A stretch of 64,000 nucleotides of DNA from Nitrospira sp. (GTDB lineage Bacteria; Nitrospirota; Nitrospiria; Nitrospirales; Nitrospiraceae): NCBI GenBank assembly GCA_005116835.1, contig SWDM01000012.1, positions 36,454 through 100,453 of the forward strand, given 5' to 3'. Under the pieces are notes generated by a model that was given only the letters and a program-made list of their open reading frames with translations, did no database searches and was not told where the DNA came from. Below, piece after piece: positions 47,297 to 56,726 of the stretch; position 1 is the first letter of the stretch; each line of letters starts with the position of its first letter. The translations under genes and the position numbers were made by a program.

Positions 47297-48325
47297 CTAT
47301 TGCTGAATCGCCGAGAGCAACCATTTTCCGTTCTGGAACCGCACGAATGTCCAGACTTCGTTGGCATCGGTCGGCGTCTCTTCATTGCCCTCGAAGAGAT
47401 AGCCTGGTTCTCCCCGCTTCTTCGTCAAGGATACGGTGTAGTCACGGGCGCTCCAGCGAAGCCCGATCGTTGCGTACTGCGTCGTGTCTTCTATCCAGGT
47501 TTCCTTGACCTCTGCCTGTAGCAGCACCACATCCTCTACATGATTGGCGATGTCCAGGCTGGCCTGTTCGGCCAGGGCGGTGCTGAAATACGACAACATT
47601 TCCGGTGTGACGGACCGCCGCAATCCCGCCAGGTCTTGGTTGCTCCAGGCTGTTTGGACATCGGTCAGCAGTTGTTGAAAGACGGTTTTGTCAGCGGAGG
47701 TGACTTCCCCACCCACTGCTGTGGTCTGGAGGGTTGCGGGAGAAGATGTCGATAACAGGCTGCCGCTGACTGCGCTGCTTCGTGAGATTCCAGAAAATTC
47801 AGGGGCGGGCCGTCGTACTTTCATGAAGTAAAAGAACGCGCCGGCTCCCAAGAGCATGAGGATCAGGAGTATTCCGGTGGAGCCAAAGCCCCCCCCGGCG
47901 GTCGTGCCGGTCTCTCCAGCTTCGGTGGTTGTCGCAGCGCTGCTGTTTGTTGCGCCGAACAGCATATGGCCGATCCATGATCCGGCAACGCCGGCAGCGA
48001 GACCGGCCAAGAGGGGATTGCGCTGCATAAACGAGGGCTGCATGGCTGGCGCCGGCTGGGCTGTTGGCGTTGGGCTGCCGGAGGCAGAGGGAGGTGTGCC
48101 TGCAGCAGGCTTTGGAGTGACCGACTGCTCAATCGGCTTTGCGCCGTTTTGGTCATAGGTGCGCGATCCACGGCTGCCCATGCTTCCAGGGGAGCCCATC
48201 CCTCTTGAACCGCCGGAATAGCCGCCACCGCCGTATCCGCCGCCCCTCGCCCTTGCAAAGGAAAGGGAGGGGAGCCCGATTAGAGCGATCACAACAATTG
48301 CGGCAATGAGTTTCGTAGAGTTCAT
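47297..48325 (-). CDS. Tim44-domain membrane protein
   Basis: Signal/TM, Gly-rich linker, TM, then a C-terminal ...FQQLLTDVQTAWSNQDLAGLRRSVTPEM...EVWTFVR...WLLSAIQQ Tim44-like domain. Confidence 0.75.
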   Translation of the reverse strand: MNSTKLIAAIVVIALIGLPSLSFARARGGGYGGGGYSGGSRGMGSPGSMGSRGSRTYDQNGAKPIEQSVTPKPAAGTPPSASGSPTPTAQPAPAMQPSFMQRNPLLAGLAAGVAGSWIGHMLFGATNSSAATTTEAGETGTTAGGGFGSTGILLILMLLGAGAFFYFMKVRRPAPEFSGISRSSAVSGSLLSTSSPATLQTTAVGGEVTSADKTVFQQLLTDVQTAWSNQDLAGLRRSVTPEMLSYFSTALAEQASLDIANHVEDVVLLQAEVKETWIEDTTQYATIGLRWSARDYTVSLTKKRGEPGYLFEGNEETPTDANEVWTFVRFQNGKWLLSAIQQ

Positions 48326-48645
48326 AAGTAGCGTCCTTTCTATCGAAGTCGCAGGTCAATCACGTAACGTCATCCTAGCAGAAACGGTCCTGGAAAAGCC
48401 TAAGATTCGAGAAGTGCAGGATCGGACTAAGCTCGCTTGCTTTTCCTCTTCGGAAAGGGCACTCATGTTGGTCGAAGTGCGGCCGTCGAACGAGGCCCTT
48501 CTCAGGGCGCGCGTTCCGGGAGCACAGGATCAACGTGGGTGTCCTTTCCAATCCCCCCTCTTTTTTTACGTTGCCGGGATGCTATGATCGGGGTTGTTCC
48601 GCAGAACGAACTGCCTATTTATATTTTCACAAGGAGTCCATGCCC

Positions 48646-49053
48646 ATGAAGCTGGCGCGTAACATCATTGGGGTCTCATTGGGGGTTCTGTTGTTCTCGA
48701 GTGTCAGTCTTGCGGTAGAACCGGGTGAAGTGGAAAAGTTCGTGAAGGCCCGCGTCGATATCGGGGAGATGATGACGAACTATTTTCAGGGTGGAGGGAT
48801 GTTCAAGGATGGGCAGCGCCCGTCGGCTGATCAAATGAAGGATATGGGCGCGGACATTCACACGAAGCTTGGCAAGTTGTTGGCAAAGTATGATCTAACA
48901 GTTGAGGAATATCGCAAGCGTAGTCCAGAGGTTTTTGCCGATGAAGCGGCGGTCAAGGGTTATCTCAACGAGCATCCAGAGATGAAGACACGATACGAAG
49001 CGCTTCCGCTGGATCGGATGGGGCGGGGCGGCAGTACCGGGCGGGGATACTAA
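48646..49053 (+). CDS. Secreted hypothetical protein (DUF4168-like)
   Basis: Signal peptide MKLARNIIGVSLGVLLFSSVSLA. AAGGAG lies 9 nt upstream. Confidence 0.55.
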   Translation: MKLARNIIGVSLGVLLFSSVSLAVEPGEVEKFVKARVDIGEMMTNYFQGGGMFKDGQRPSADQMKDMGADIHTKLGKLLAKYDLTVEEYRKRSPEVFADEAAVKGYLNEHPEMKTRYEALPLDRMGRGGSTGRGY

Positions 49054-49065
49054 TTGCGCGAAGTG

Positions 49066-49151
49066 CGTGACAAGCGGGACGAGCGAGAGGGGTAGAGACA
49101 GGACTAATCTTTTACGTCGCGATTTTCTCGCCTGTCTCGCTCATCTCGCCC
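49066..49151. repeat. Inverted heptad-type hairpin (GCGAGAC/GCGGGAC word)
   Basis: cgtgacaagcgggacgagcgagaggggtagagacagg faces gattttctcgcctgtctcgctcatctcgccc. Confidence 0.55.
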
Positions 49152-49224
49152 TTATTTGACTCTCTTTCCCCCTCTTCATATAATGCCGCTCGATAGTTGA
49201 TTTCGACAGCCTTTCCAGACACTT

Positions 49225-49617
49225 ATGGCTTCCTCGACCAAGACAGTCCTCCCAGGAAAATGGGGCAAGATTCGCGCGGAACTTGCCCATGCCTTTTCGA
49301 CACACTCCGGGCCTGAGCGGTTCACGGGCGAAGATATTGAGTTACTTGAACGGATGGCCGATGCGGTGGTGAAACGGGGCATGGCTGCTCCAGCCACGGT
49401 TTTTCTGGAATCGCTTGGCCCCATGAACTTCCTCGGCAGCCAGGCACTGTATTTCCTGACCCCCATCGTTGAATGGGCCTTTCAGGCGATAGAAATCGAG
49501 CAGGTGGCTCGGTTGCTTGAACGTCGCGATACGATTGCCCGTCTTATCGCTATCATTGAAACAAAGGCTACCCCCCCAATTCCTCCCCCGGCTCCGGAAG
49601 GAGCCTCCGCTCCATGA
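49225..49617 (+). CDS. Hypothetical protein (first gene of the 49.2-58.0 kb cluster)
   Basis: 130-aa ORF with a Pro-rich tail. No family recognised. Confidence 0.5.
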   Translation: MASSTKTVLPGKWGKIRAELAHAFSTHSGPERFTGEDIELLERMADAVVKRGMAAPATVFLESLGPMNFLGSQALYFLTPIVEWAFQAIEIEQVARLLERRDTIARLIAIIETKATPPIPPPAPEGASAP

Positions 49618-49625
49618 CAAAATGC

Positions 49626-49710
49626 CGTGAAACGTTAAACGTGAAAGGTGAAACGTCTCTCGTGAAGCGTAGTTCGCGAACGACGAGATACGAGATGCGA
49701 ACGACGTTTG
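49626..49710 (+). repeat. Tandem run of about 12 degenerate heptamers
   Basis: gtgaaac gttaaac gtgaaag gtgaaac gtctctc gtgaagc gtagttc gcgaacg acgagat acgagat gcgaacg, with strict 7-nt phase. Confidence 0.7.
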
Positions 49711-49744
49711 TCCAGTTACACATTTCAGATCAAGAGCCTGCCGC

Positions 49745-51568
49745 ATGACGATCCAGGAATCAGGCAAGATCACCCACCCCCTCAACGTGATTGTGGCTAC
49801 CGACTGCGGCAGTACCACGACCAAAGCCATTTTGATCGAGAAGGTCGGCGACGAATACCGGCAAACCTATCGCGGTGAAGCGCCGACGACGGTGGAAGCG
49901 CCCTTCGAAGATGTGACGCGCGGGGTCCTGAATGCGATCGCGGAGATTGAAGAGCTGTCCGGTCGGAAAATCCTCGACGGCGACAAGATCATCACACCCT
50001 GTCGCGATGCCAAGACCGGCGTCGATATTTATATTTCTACCAGCAGCGCGGGTGGCGGATTGCAAATGATGGTGACCGGGGTCGTGCAGAATATGACGGG
50101 CGAGAGCGCCCAACGAGCCGCACTTGGGGCCGGCGCGATTGTTATTGACGTGCTCGCGTCGAACGATGGCCGGTTGCCGCATGAGAAGATCGAACGTATC
50201 AGGACCATGCGTCCGGACATGATCTTGATGTCCGGTGGGACGGACGGCGGCGCGGTCACCCATGTGGTCGAAATGGCGGAATACATATCGGCAGCGGAGC
50301 CACGCCCACGCTTCGGGGCGACCTACAAGCTCCCGTTGGTCTACGCAGGCAATAAAGATGCGCAGCCGCAAGTGAAGAAGATTCTGGGGGAGAAGACCGC
50401 ATTGGTGCTGACCGATAATATTCGTCCAGTGTTGGAGCGGGAGAACCTCGCGCCGGCGCGCAACAAGATCCACGACTTGTTTCTCGAACATGTCATGCAG
50501 CAAGCGCCGGGCTACAAGAAACTGATCGAGATGGCCGGCGCGCCGATCATGCCGACGCCGGCGGCGGTCGGCGTCATCATGGAAACGATCGCCAAGCGGG
50601 AGCATCTGAACTTGATCGGGGTGGATATCGGAGGCGCCACCACGGACGTGTTCTCGGTGTTTGAAGGACTCTTCAATCGAACCGTCAGCGCGAACCTTGG
50701 AATGTCGTACAGTATTTCCAATGTGCTGGCGGAAGCAGGGCTCGCCAATATCATGCGATGGGTGCCCTTCACGATCGACGAACAGACGCTTCGCAACCGG
50801 ATCAAGAACAAGATGGTCCGGCCGACGACGATTCCGCAGACGTTGGACGAGTTGCAGATCGAACATGCAATTGCCCGCGAAGCGCTCCGGCTTGCCTTGA
50901 TCCATCATAAGTCCCTTGCGACGGCTCTCAAGGGCATACAGCAAGAACGCACGATTTCTGATGTGTTCGAGCAGCAGCAGTCCGGCAAAACGCTGATCGA
51001 CATGCTCAAGCTGGATTTGATCGTCGGAAGCGGCGGGATTCTGTCCCATGCGCCGCGTCGTGTGCAATCGATGCTGATGATGGTGGATGCCTATGAGCCA
51101 CTCGGGGTGACGAGGCTCTCAGTGGACAGCATCTTTATGATGCCGCATCTGGGTGTCCTCTCGACGATCAACGAAAAGGCGGCAACCGATGTGTTCGTTC
51201 GCGATTGCATGGTCTACTTGGGGACCTGCGTTGCGCCGATCGGGCAGGGAAAGGACGGGGAACGGTGCGCAGATTATGTCATCACGTTCCCGGATGGCCG
51301 AGTGGACAAGGGGCAACTGTTGTTCGGCGACCTGCGGCTGGTGCCCCTGGCCGGCGATCAGAAAGCGTCGATCACGATCCAGCCGGCCAAACAGGTCAAT
51401 CTTGGGGCCGGGGCGGGACTGTCGGTCACGCGAGAGGTGCAGGGCGGTGTGGTGGGCCTCATGCTCGATAGCCGAGGGCGTCCGTTACAGTTGCCGTCCG
51501 ATCACAATGCCAGAGTCGCAGCCTTGATGAAATGGTACAACGCAGTCGGGCTATATCCGACGGCATAA
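49745..51568 (+). CDS. GlmL/MutL-like (glutamate mutase accessory protein family) ASKHA-fold ATPase
   Basis: VATDCGSTTTKAIL (phosphate-1), GVDIGGATTDVF (phosphate-2) and SGGTDGG. 607 aa. No B12 mutase gene nearby. Confidence 0.75.
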   Translation: MTIQESGKITHPLNVIVATDCGSTTTKAILIEKVGDEYRQTYRGEAPTTVEAPFEDVTRGVLNAIAEIEELSGRKILDGDKIITPCRDAKTGVDIYISTSSAGGGLQMMVTGVVQNMTGESAQRAALGAGAIVIDVLASNDGRLPHEKIERIRTMRPDMILMSGGTDGGAVTHVVEMAEYISAAEPRPRFGATYKLPLVYAGNKDAQPQVKKILGEKTALVLTDNIRPVLERENLAPARNKIHDLFLEHVMQQAPGYKKLIEMAGAPIMPTPAAVGVIMETIAKREHLNLIGVDIGGATTDVFSVFEGLFNRTVSANLGMSYSISNVLAEAGLANIMRWVPFTIDEQTLRNRIKNKMVRPTTIPQTLDELQIEHAIAREALRLALIHHKSLATALKGIQQERTISDVFEQQQSGKTLIDMLKLDLIVGSGGILSHAPRRVQSMLMMVDAYEPLGVTRLSVDSIFMMPHLGVLSTINEKAATDVFVRDCMVYLGTCVAPIGQGKDGERCADYVITFPDGRVDKGQLLFGDLRLVPLAGDQKASITIQPAKQVNLGAGAGLSVTREVQGGVVGLMLDSRGRPLQLPSDHNARVAALMKWYNAVGLYPTA

Positions 51569-51689
51569 ATGATGAATGTTGAATTTTGAATGATGAATGG
51601 TAAACGAGGATTCATAGAAAGCACAGGTTTGTGGGGAGCCGAGGGGATGAGTTTCTTAATTCATCATTCCACATTCCAGATTCCACATT
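51569..51689. repeat. Inverted heptad-type repeat pair (TGAATGA word)
   Basis: atgatgaatgttgaattttgaatgatgaatgg faces ttaattcatcattccacattccagattccacatt. Starts 1 nt after the TAA of the upstream gene. Confidence 0.65.
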
Positions 51690-51699
51690 GAGCTGAAGT

Positions 51700-52833
51700 A
51701 TGGCCCATTCCTATACTCCAGGCTTAACCGTGACAGAGCACACGACAGTCCGACGTCGTCGGATGTTGTCGTTGCCTGGCACTGTATTGGTTGCGGCTGG
51801 GGAGGTCGTGCGGGCGAATCAGGCGGTCGCTCGCGCGGAACTGCCAGGGAAGGTCTATCCCTTGAATCTCGCCAATCAGTTGGGGGTGGGACCGGACGAG
51901 ATCCAGGAGTATTTGATCAAGAAGGCCGGCGACAGGGTGCAGAAGGACGAGATTCTGGCGGAGAACAAACCGCTTATCAAGTGGCTCAAGACGGAGGTTC
52001 GCTCACCTGTGACAGGTGTTGTGGAATCTGTGTCCATGGTCACGGGGCAGGTGTTGTTGCGGGAGCCGCCGCGTGTATTGGAGTTGTTGGGTTATGTGGA
52101 CGGGCGCATCGTCGAGGTGATCCCACAGCAGGGTGCCGTGGTCGAAACTGATTGCAGTCTGGTGCAGGGCATCTTCGGCATCGGTGGGGAAACCAGGGGT
52201 GAGATCATGCTCGCGGTGACATCGCCGGACGAAGCGCTGACCCCTCGTCAACTCACGGCAGAGATGAAAGGCAAGATCGTTGTGGGAGGTTCCTTTATCT
52301 CTTCCGACGCGCTCACTCGAGCAAAAGAGGTGGGAGTAGCAGGCTTGGTGATCGGCGGCATTCACGATAAGGATTTGCGCGCATTGCTGGGCTACGACCT
52401 TGGCGTGGCCATCACCGGTACGGAGCAGGTCGGCTTTACCCTGATCCTCACCGAAGGATTCGGCGCCATTCCCATGGCCGGTAAAACATTCACGTTGCTT
52501 TCCGCCCATGCAGGTCAGCCTGCTTCTATTTCAGGCGCCACACAAATTCGTGCCGGTGTCATTCGTCCGGAGATCATCATCCCCACACAGCTAAGTGCAG
52601 TTGGCACTCTCAGTGCGGTTGCCGTGCCGCAGCGGGAAGGTATCAGGATCGGTGACCAAGTTCGGATCATTCGAGATCCCTTGTTCGGCAAGATCGGAGA
52701 AGTCTCAAGTCTGCCATCGGAGCTCCAGAAGATTCCGACCGAGAGCGAGGTACGTGTGATGGAAGTTCGCTTTGCCGATGGCAGCAAGGCTGTGATTCCG
52801 CGGACGAATATTGAATTGATTGAAGGAGCTTAG
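51700..52833 (+). CDS. Hypothetical soluble protein with barrel-sandwich-like N-region and KOW-like C-terminus
   Basis: 377 aa. ...VRSPVTGVVESV... hybrid-barrel-like segment and IGDQVRIIRDPLFGKIGEV KOW-like segment. Weak motif-level call. Confidence 0.6.
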   Translation: MAHSYTPGLTVTEHTTVRRRRMLSLPGTVLVAAGEVVRANQAVARAELPGKVYPLNLANQLGVGPDEIQEYLIKKAGDRVQKDEILAENKPLIKWLKTEVRSPVTGVVESVSMVTGQVLLREPPRVLELLGYVDGRIVEVIPQQGAVVETDCSLVQGIFGIGGETRGEIMLAVTSPDEALTPRQLTAEMKGKIVVGGSFISSDALTRAKEVGVAGLVIGGIHDKDLRALLGYDLGVAITGTEQVGFTLILTEGFGAIPMAGKTFTLLSAHAGQPASISGATQIRAGVIRPEIIIPTQLSAVGTLSAVAVPQREGIRIGDQVRIIRDPLFGKIGEVSSLPSELQKIPTESEVRVMEVRFADGSKAVIPRTNIELIEGA

Positions 52834-52959
52834 CGGGATGCTGAAAACGTCTGCCAGCTTCGTTCTCGGCTCTTCGAAATCCTCAACGTACCCCAGAGGG
52901 TACGCCTCCGGTTTCGACTCGCCTGCGGCCTTGCTGAACAGACGTTTTGAGCATCCCGC
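52833..52959 (+). repeat. PE copy I (type 1 core)
   Basis: Overlaps the last base of the upstream TAG. Both termini carry gcgggatgct / agcatcccgc and acgtctg / cagacgt variants. Confidence 0.85.
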
Positions 52960-52975
52960 CTTATGGAAGGCATTG

Positions 52976-54220
52976 ATGCTCCTGCTCATGACTGTTCTGA
53001 GTCAGTCATGGTCGCCGGTGTTTGCCCAAACCGACATCCAGACGAAGACGCCACTCGCGCCGCCGCAAGATGTTCGTGTGTTCGATACACCGAGCGATGG
53101 TGGCGATAGCCTAACCGTGATATGGGCTCCCGCTCCCTACGATAGTGCTGCGGTGAGGTATCAGGTATTACTCAGTGAGGGAACGTCGGTCGCAGATCCG
53201 GCTACCATGAAGGTCGTGGCGGAATTTCCGGCGAACCAGCGCTATGTCCGAGAATCCAAGTGGCCCTGGTGGACGAGGCCGGCGACCGGCGACCAGCACC
53301 AGTATACGCTGAGGAGTGGAAGGGGAGTCGAGCTGAAGAGCGGAACTCTATACAGCATCACCGTGGCTACGGTGCTGAACGACGAACGCAGCATTGCCGC
53401 GCCGGGACAGGCCGCGCCGGAACCGAATTGGATCAATTGGAACCAGATGAATAATCTTCTATTGGCGCTCCTGTTCGGCGGGATCGTGTTCTACGCCATC
53501 GGTACCGCCAGAAAACGTGAGATTTTCCTCCGGCGCATTCCCGGCCTCGATGCAGTGGATGAGGCGATCGGCCGCGCAACCGAGTTGGGTAAGCCGATTC
53601 TGTACATGACCGGCGCCCATGACATGAGCGATCCATCGACCATTGCGGCGGCGGTTATTCTTGGGCGTGTGGCCAAACGAGCGGCGGCCTATGAGACCGA
53701 TTTACTGGTACCCCACCGCGAGCCGATCACCATGGCGGTGTGCCAGGAGATTACGAAGCAGGCCTATCTGGAAGCAGGCAAACCCGATCTTTACAAGGAC
53801 GATTCCAATTTCTTCATTACGTCGGATCAGTTCAGCTATACCGCGGCGGTGGACGGCATCATGTTGCGGAAAAAACCTGCAGCGAACTTCTTTATGGGAC
53901 ATTATTTTGCCGAGGCATTGCTTCTGACGGAAACGGGCGCGAGCACCGGCGCAATCCAAATCGCCGGGACGGACTCCGATCATCAGCTGCCGTTCTTCGT
54001 CACTACCTGCGATTACACCTTGATCGGGGAAGAACTCTACGCTGCCAGCGCGTACCTCTCCAGAGAGCCGGTGCAGGTCGGCACATTGCGTGGGCAAGAC
54101 ATCGGCAAAGCCCTCATCCTCGGCGTCCTTGGTATCGGTACGATACTGGCTACTCTTGGGATCCTGTTCGATGCCCAGTGGCCAAAATTATTCCTAGACT
54201 TTTTCAGGGACGTGAAATGA
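52976..54220 (+). CDS. Membrane protein: signal peptide, FN3-like domain, TM, large conserved domain, C-terminal TM
   Basis: MLLLMTVLSQSWSPVFAQ; PPQDVRVFDTPSDGGDSLTVIWAPAPY...YQV (FN3-like); hydrophobic helices at about aa 150 and at the C-terminus. The N-terminal track extension lies in PE copy I and is rejected. Confidence 0.6.
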   Translation: MLLLMTVLSQSWSPVFAQTDIQTKTPLAPPQDVRVFDTPSDGGDSLTVIWAPAPYDSAAVRYQVLLSEGTSVADPATMKVVAEFPANQRYVRESKWPWWTRPATGDQHQYTLRSGRGVELKSGTLYSITVATVLNDERSIAAPGQAAPEPNWINWNQMNNLLLALLFGGIVFYAIGTARKREIFLRRIPGLDAVDEAIGRATELGKPILYMTGAHDMSDPSTIAAAVILGRVAKRAAAYETDLLVPHREPITMAVCQEITKQAYLEAGKPDLYKDDSNFFITSDQFSYTAAVDGIMLRKKPAANFFMGHYFAEALLLTETGASTGAIQIAGTDSDHQLPFFVTTCDYTLIGEELYAASAYLSREPVQVGTLRGQDIGKALILGVLGIGTILATLGILFDAQWPKLFLDFFRDVK

Positions 54221-54867
54221 TCTTTCTCCGACGACAGGGTCCGCTCCTGGTTACCCTCATCACCGGGCTCGTGTTTGCGGCTCAATACTATGTGCCGCAC
54301 CCGGCTTCGGAGCAGATGTTGACCTCCGTCACGAAATGGCTCCAGATCATCGGTGGGTTCGCGCTGGTGCTGGGAGTCAGCAGTCTGTTCCACGTCCATG
54401 CCGCCAAGATCCGGCGCAAAGAAGCGGGCTGGGGTTATAGTTTTGTCCTCTATGTCGGCATGCTGGGGACTATTGCGCTCGGCTTCTGGTCTAACGGCAA
54501 GGAAGCAATCGACGGCACCATGACGGCATTCGGGTGGATCTATAACTATATGATGGTCCCGCTGCAGGGAACGATGTTTGCGATTCTCGCCTTCTTCATC
54601 GCCTCGGCAGCCTATCGCTCGTTCCGCGCGCGGAGCCGTGAGGCGGCGGTGCTGCTCATTGCGGCGGTGATTGTCATGATGGGTCGCGTCCCGCTTGGAG
54701 AATATCTGATCCCGATCAGCGGCGACCTGTCCCAGTGGATCTTAAATGTGCTGAATGCGTCGGTGCGGCGCGCGATCCTGATCGGCGTCAGTCTCGGCAC
54801 AGTTGCGCTCTCCATCAAGATCATCTTCGGCATGGAACGGTCGTATCTTGGGGGAGGCAAGGAGTGA
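54217..54867 (+). CDS. Integral membrane protein (about 5 TM)
   Basis: The ATG overlaps the upstream TGA (ATGA). 216 aa, hydrophobic throughout. Confidence 0.6.
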   Translation: MIFLRRQGPLLVTLITGLVFAAQYYVPHPASEQMLTSVTKWLQIIGGFALVLGVSSLFHVHAAKIRRKEAGWGYSFVLYVGMLGTIALGFWSNGKEAIDGTMTAFGWIYNYMMVPLQGTMFAILAFFIASAAYRSFRARSREAAVLLIAAVIVMMGRVPLGEYLIPISGDLSQWILNVLNASVRRAILIGVSLGTVALSIKIIFGMERSYLGGGKE

Positions 54868-54874
54868 TGACGAG

Positions 54875-54955
54875 CGATCAGCTATCAGCCGTCAGCTCTC
54901 AGCTCCGGAATCGAGGACTCGCCTGTTACCTGAAGGCTGATTGCTGATGGCTGAG
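54875..54955. repeat. Inverted heptad-type hairpin (TCAGC word)
   Basis: gcgatcagctatcagccgtcagctctcagctc faces cctgaaggctgattgctgatggctgag. Confidence 0.65.
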
Positions 54956-54981
54956 TGCCCGGTGGCGACGAAGGAGCGACC

Positions 54982-55827
54982 GTGACTTTCGCTGAACGCA
55001 TGCTCAAGATCGACCGGCGGATCATCTTTCTGGTGATCGGTCTCTGCACGCTTATCCCGTTACTCTATCCGGTCGGGTTGCCGATCAAGATTTCGCCGGA
55101 GGTGCGCGGGGTCTACGACCATATTGAATCGCTCCCTGAGGGATCCGTGTTTTTGCTCTCGCTGGACTTCGATCCGGCGTCGAAGCCTGAACTGATGCCG
55201 CAATCGATTTCATTGCTGCGCCATGCGTTCCGGAAGAAGCTTCGCGTCATTGCGTTGACGCTCTGGGTATCCGGCACCGGCATGGCCGACCAGGTCGTCA
55301 CGCAGGTCGCCCGGGAGATGGGCAAGGAGAGCGGAAAGGATTATGTATTCCTCGGCTGGAGCCCAGGTGGAACCGCTGTCATCATCAACATGGGGCAGGA
55401 TCTCTATGGCGCGTTCCCTGCCGACTACAACGGTAAACCTACAAAGGGACTATCGGTATTGCAGGGTGTCGCCAGCCTGCGCGATGTGAACTATGCCGTC
55501 AGCCTGGGCGCAGGCAATCCCGGCGTCGAAGCCTGGTATGTGTTCGGCAAGGACAAATACAAGTTCGAACTCGGCGGCGGCTGCACGGGCGTCATGGCGC
55601 CTGGACTCTATCCGTTATTACGGAGTGGTCAGATCAACGGTCTGATCGGCGGCCTGCGCGGCGCAGCAGAATATGAAATCTTGATCGATCAAAAGGGCAA
55701 AGCCGTTGCCGGGATGGATGCCCAGTCGGCCACCCATTTGGCCATCATCGTGCTGGTCGTCCTGTGTAACCTGTTCTATTTCGCATCGCGCAATATTGCC
55801 AGACGGCAAAGTCAGTCAGGGGCATAA
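54982..55827 (+). CDS. Bitopic membrane protein (N- and C-terminal TM helices around a soluble domain)
   Basis: GTG 54982 lies 5 nt after AAGGAG. No family recognised. Confidence 0.55.
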   Translation: MTFAERMLKIDRRIIFLVIGLCTLIPLLYPVGLPIKISPEVRGVYDHIESLPEGSVFLLSLDFDPASKPELMPQSISLLRHAFRKKLRVIALTLWVSGTGMADQVVTQVAREMGKESGKDYVFLGWSPGGTAVIINMGQDLYGAFPADYNGKPTKGLSVLQGVASLRDVNYAVSLGAGNPGVEAWYVFGKDKYKFELGGGCTGVMAPGLYPLLRSGQINGLIGGLRGAAEYEILIDQKGKAVAGMDAQSATHLAIIVLVVLCNLFYFASRNIARRQSQSGA

Positions 55828-55833
55828 CGATCG

Positions 55834-56586
55834 ATGCCGATTGAAACTATCATCGGGGGCTGGGTGGCGACGGGGTTAACCCTCTTCATCTTTTCATTTC
55901 TCTATAAGGATAACCCGCTCTTCAAGCTGGCGGAGAATCTCTACGTCGGCGTGTCGGTCGGCTACACGATCATCAAGACCTACGACACCGTAGTCGTCCA
56001 GCTCATCTGGAAGCCGATCGTCGAGAACGGGGAATGGACATTGTTGATTCCAGTCGCCATCGGGATGCTCATGCTCACACGTTATGTTCCGAAAGCCGCC
56101 TGGATCTCGCGATACGCATTTGCCTTCATTGTGGGCGTCGGGTCAGGGCTCGCCATCCCTCGGACCATCTCCTCCTTTATCTTGAAACAGATCGAAGATA
56201 CGGTTCGCCCGCTACTGACGTTGATACCGGGCGAGGGTGTGACCTTTACTTGGAGCCTGTTGAATCCCGCTAGTAGCGTGAACACCATCATTATCCTGAT
56301 CGGCGTCAGCTCCGTGCTGTTCTATTTCTTTTTCTCTGTCGAGCACAGGGGGCCTGGCAAGGTTGTGGCCCGCACGGGCATCATGTTCCTGATGATCGCC
56401 TTCGGCGCGGCCTTCGGCTACACCGTGATGGCCCGCATGTCGCTCTTGATCGGGCGATTGACCGACCTCATCGAGTTCACCGATCCCTCCTATGGCAGGC
56501 CGAGCCTCTGGCTCGCTGGGTTGACCATTCTCACCCTAGTGGTGATGGCTCGCCGGTCCAGAAGCCATCCACCCGAAGAAAAGTAG
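55834..56586 (+). CDS. Integral membrane protein (about 7 TM)
   Basis: 250 aa. Starts 6 nt after the upstream stop. No family recognised. Confidence 0.6.
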   Translation: MPIETIIGGWVATGLTLFIFSFLYKDNPLFKLAENLYVGVSVGYTIIKTYDTVVVQLIWKPIVENGEWTLLIPVAIGMLMLTRYVPKAAWISRYAFAFIVGVGSGLAIPRTISSFILKQIEDTVRPLLTLIPGEGVTFTWSLLNPASSVNTIIILIGVSSVLFYFFFSVEHRGPGKVVARTGIMFLMIAFGAAFGYTVMARMSLLIGRLTDLIEFTDPSYGRPSLWLAGLTILTLVVMARRSRSHPPEEK

Positions 56587-56668
56587 GTTTGTTTTGTTTG
56601 TTTGGTTGAACGAGACTGCCTAATGAATCAAATCAACAAAATAAACCAGATGAACCAACCAAACCAGC
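56587..56668. repeat. Inverted heptad-type hairpin (AACCAGA / GTTTGTT word)
   Basis: gtttgttttgtttgtttggttgaac faces caacaaaataaaccagatgaaccaaccaaaccagc. Begins at the base after the TAG. Confidence 0.6.
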
Positions 56669-56726
56669 TCCCGGTTGCAGCTAGCGCGACTCCCTCGCTA
56701 CAATGGGCGCTCAAAAAAGGAGCGTC

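Noticed and set aside
49626-49710. A CRISPR-like array formed by heptamer runs or by the 62058-62470 tandem units
   Set aside because: The heptamer units are only 7 nt with no spacers. The units of about 120 bp are contiguous and far longer than CRISPR repeats. No cas genes are present in the window.
49760-51067. A 435-aa ORF on the minus strand
   Set aside because: It is entirely antisense to the GlmL-like gene, which has clear ATPase motifs. Its R/H/G/D-rich composition is typical of a shadow frame in GC-rich coding DNA.
53740-54216. The N-terminal 159 codons of the 375-aa ORF 53740-54867
   Set aside because: This part overlaps the well-supported 52976-54220 gene in another frame and is Arg/Gly-rich. 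The real gene starts at ATG 54217, which overlaps the upstream TGA.
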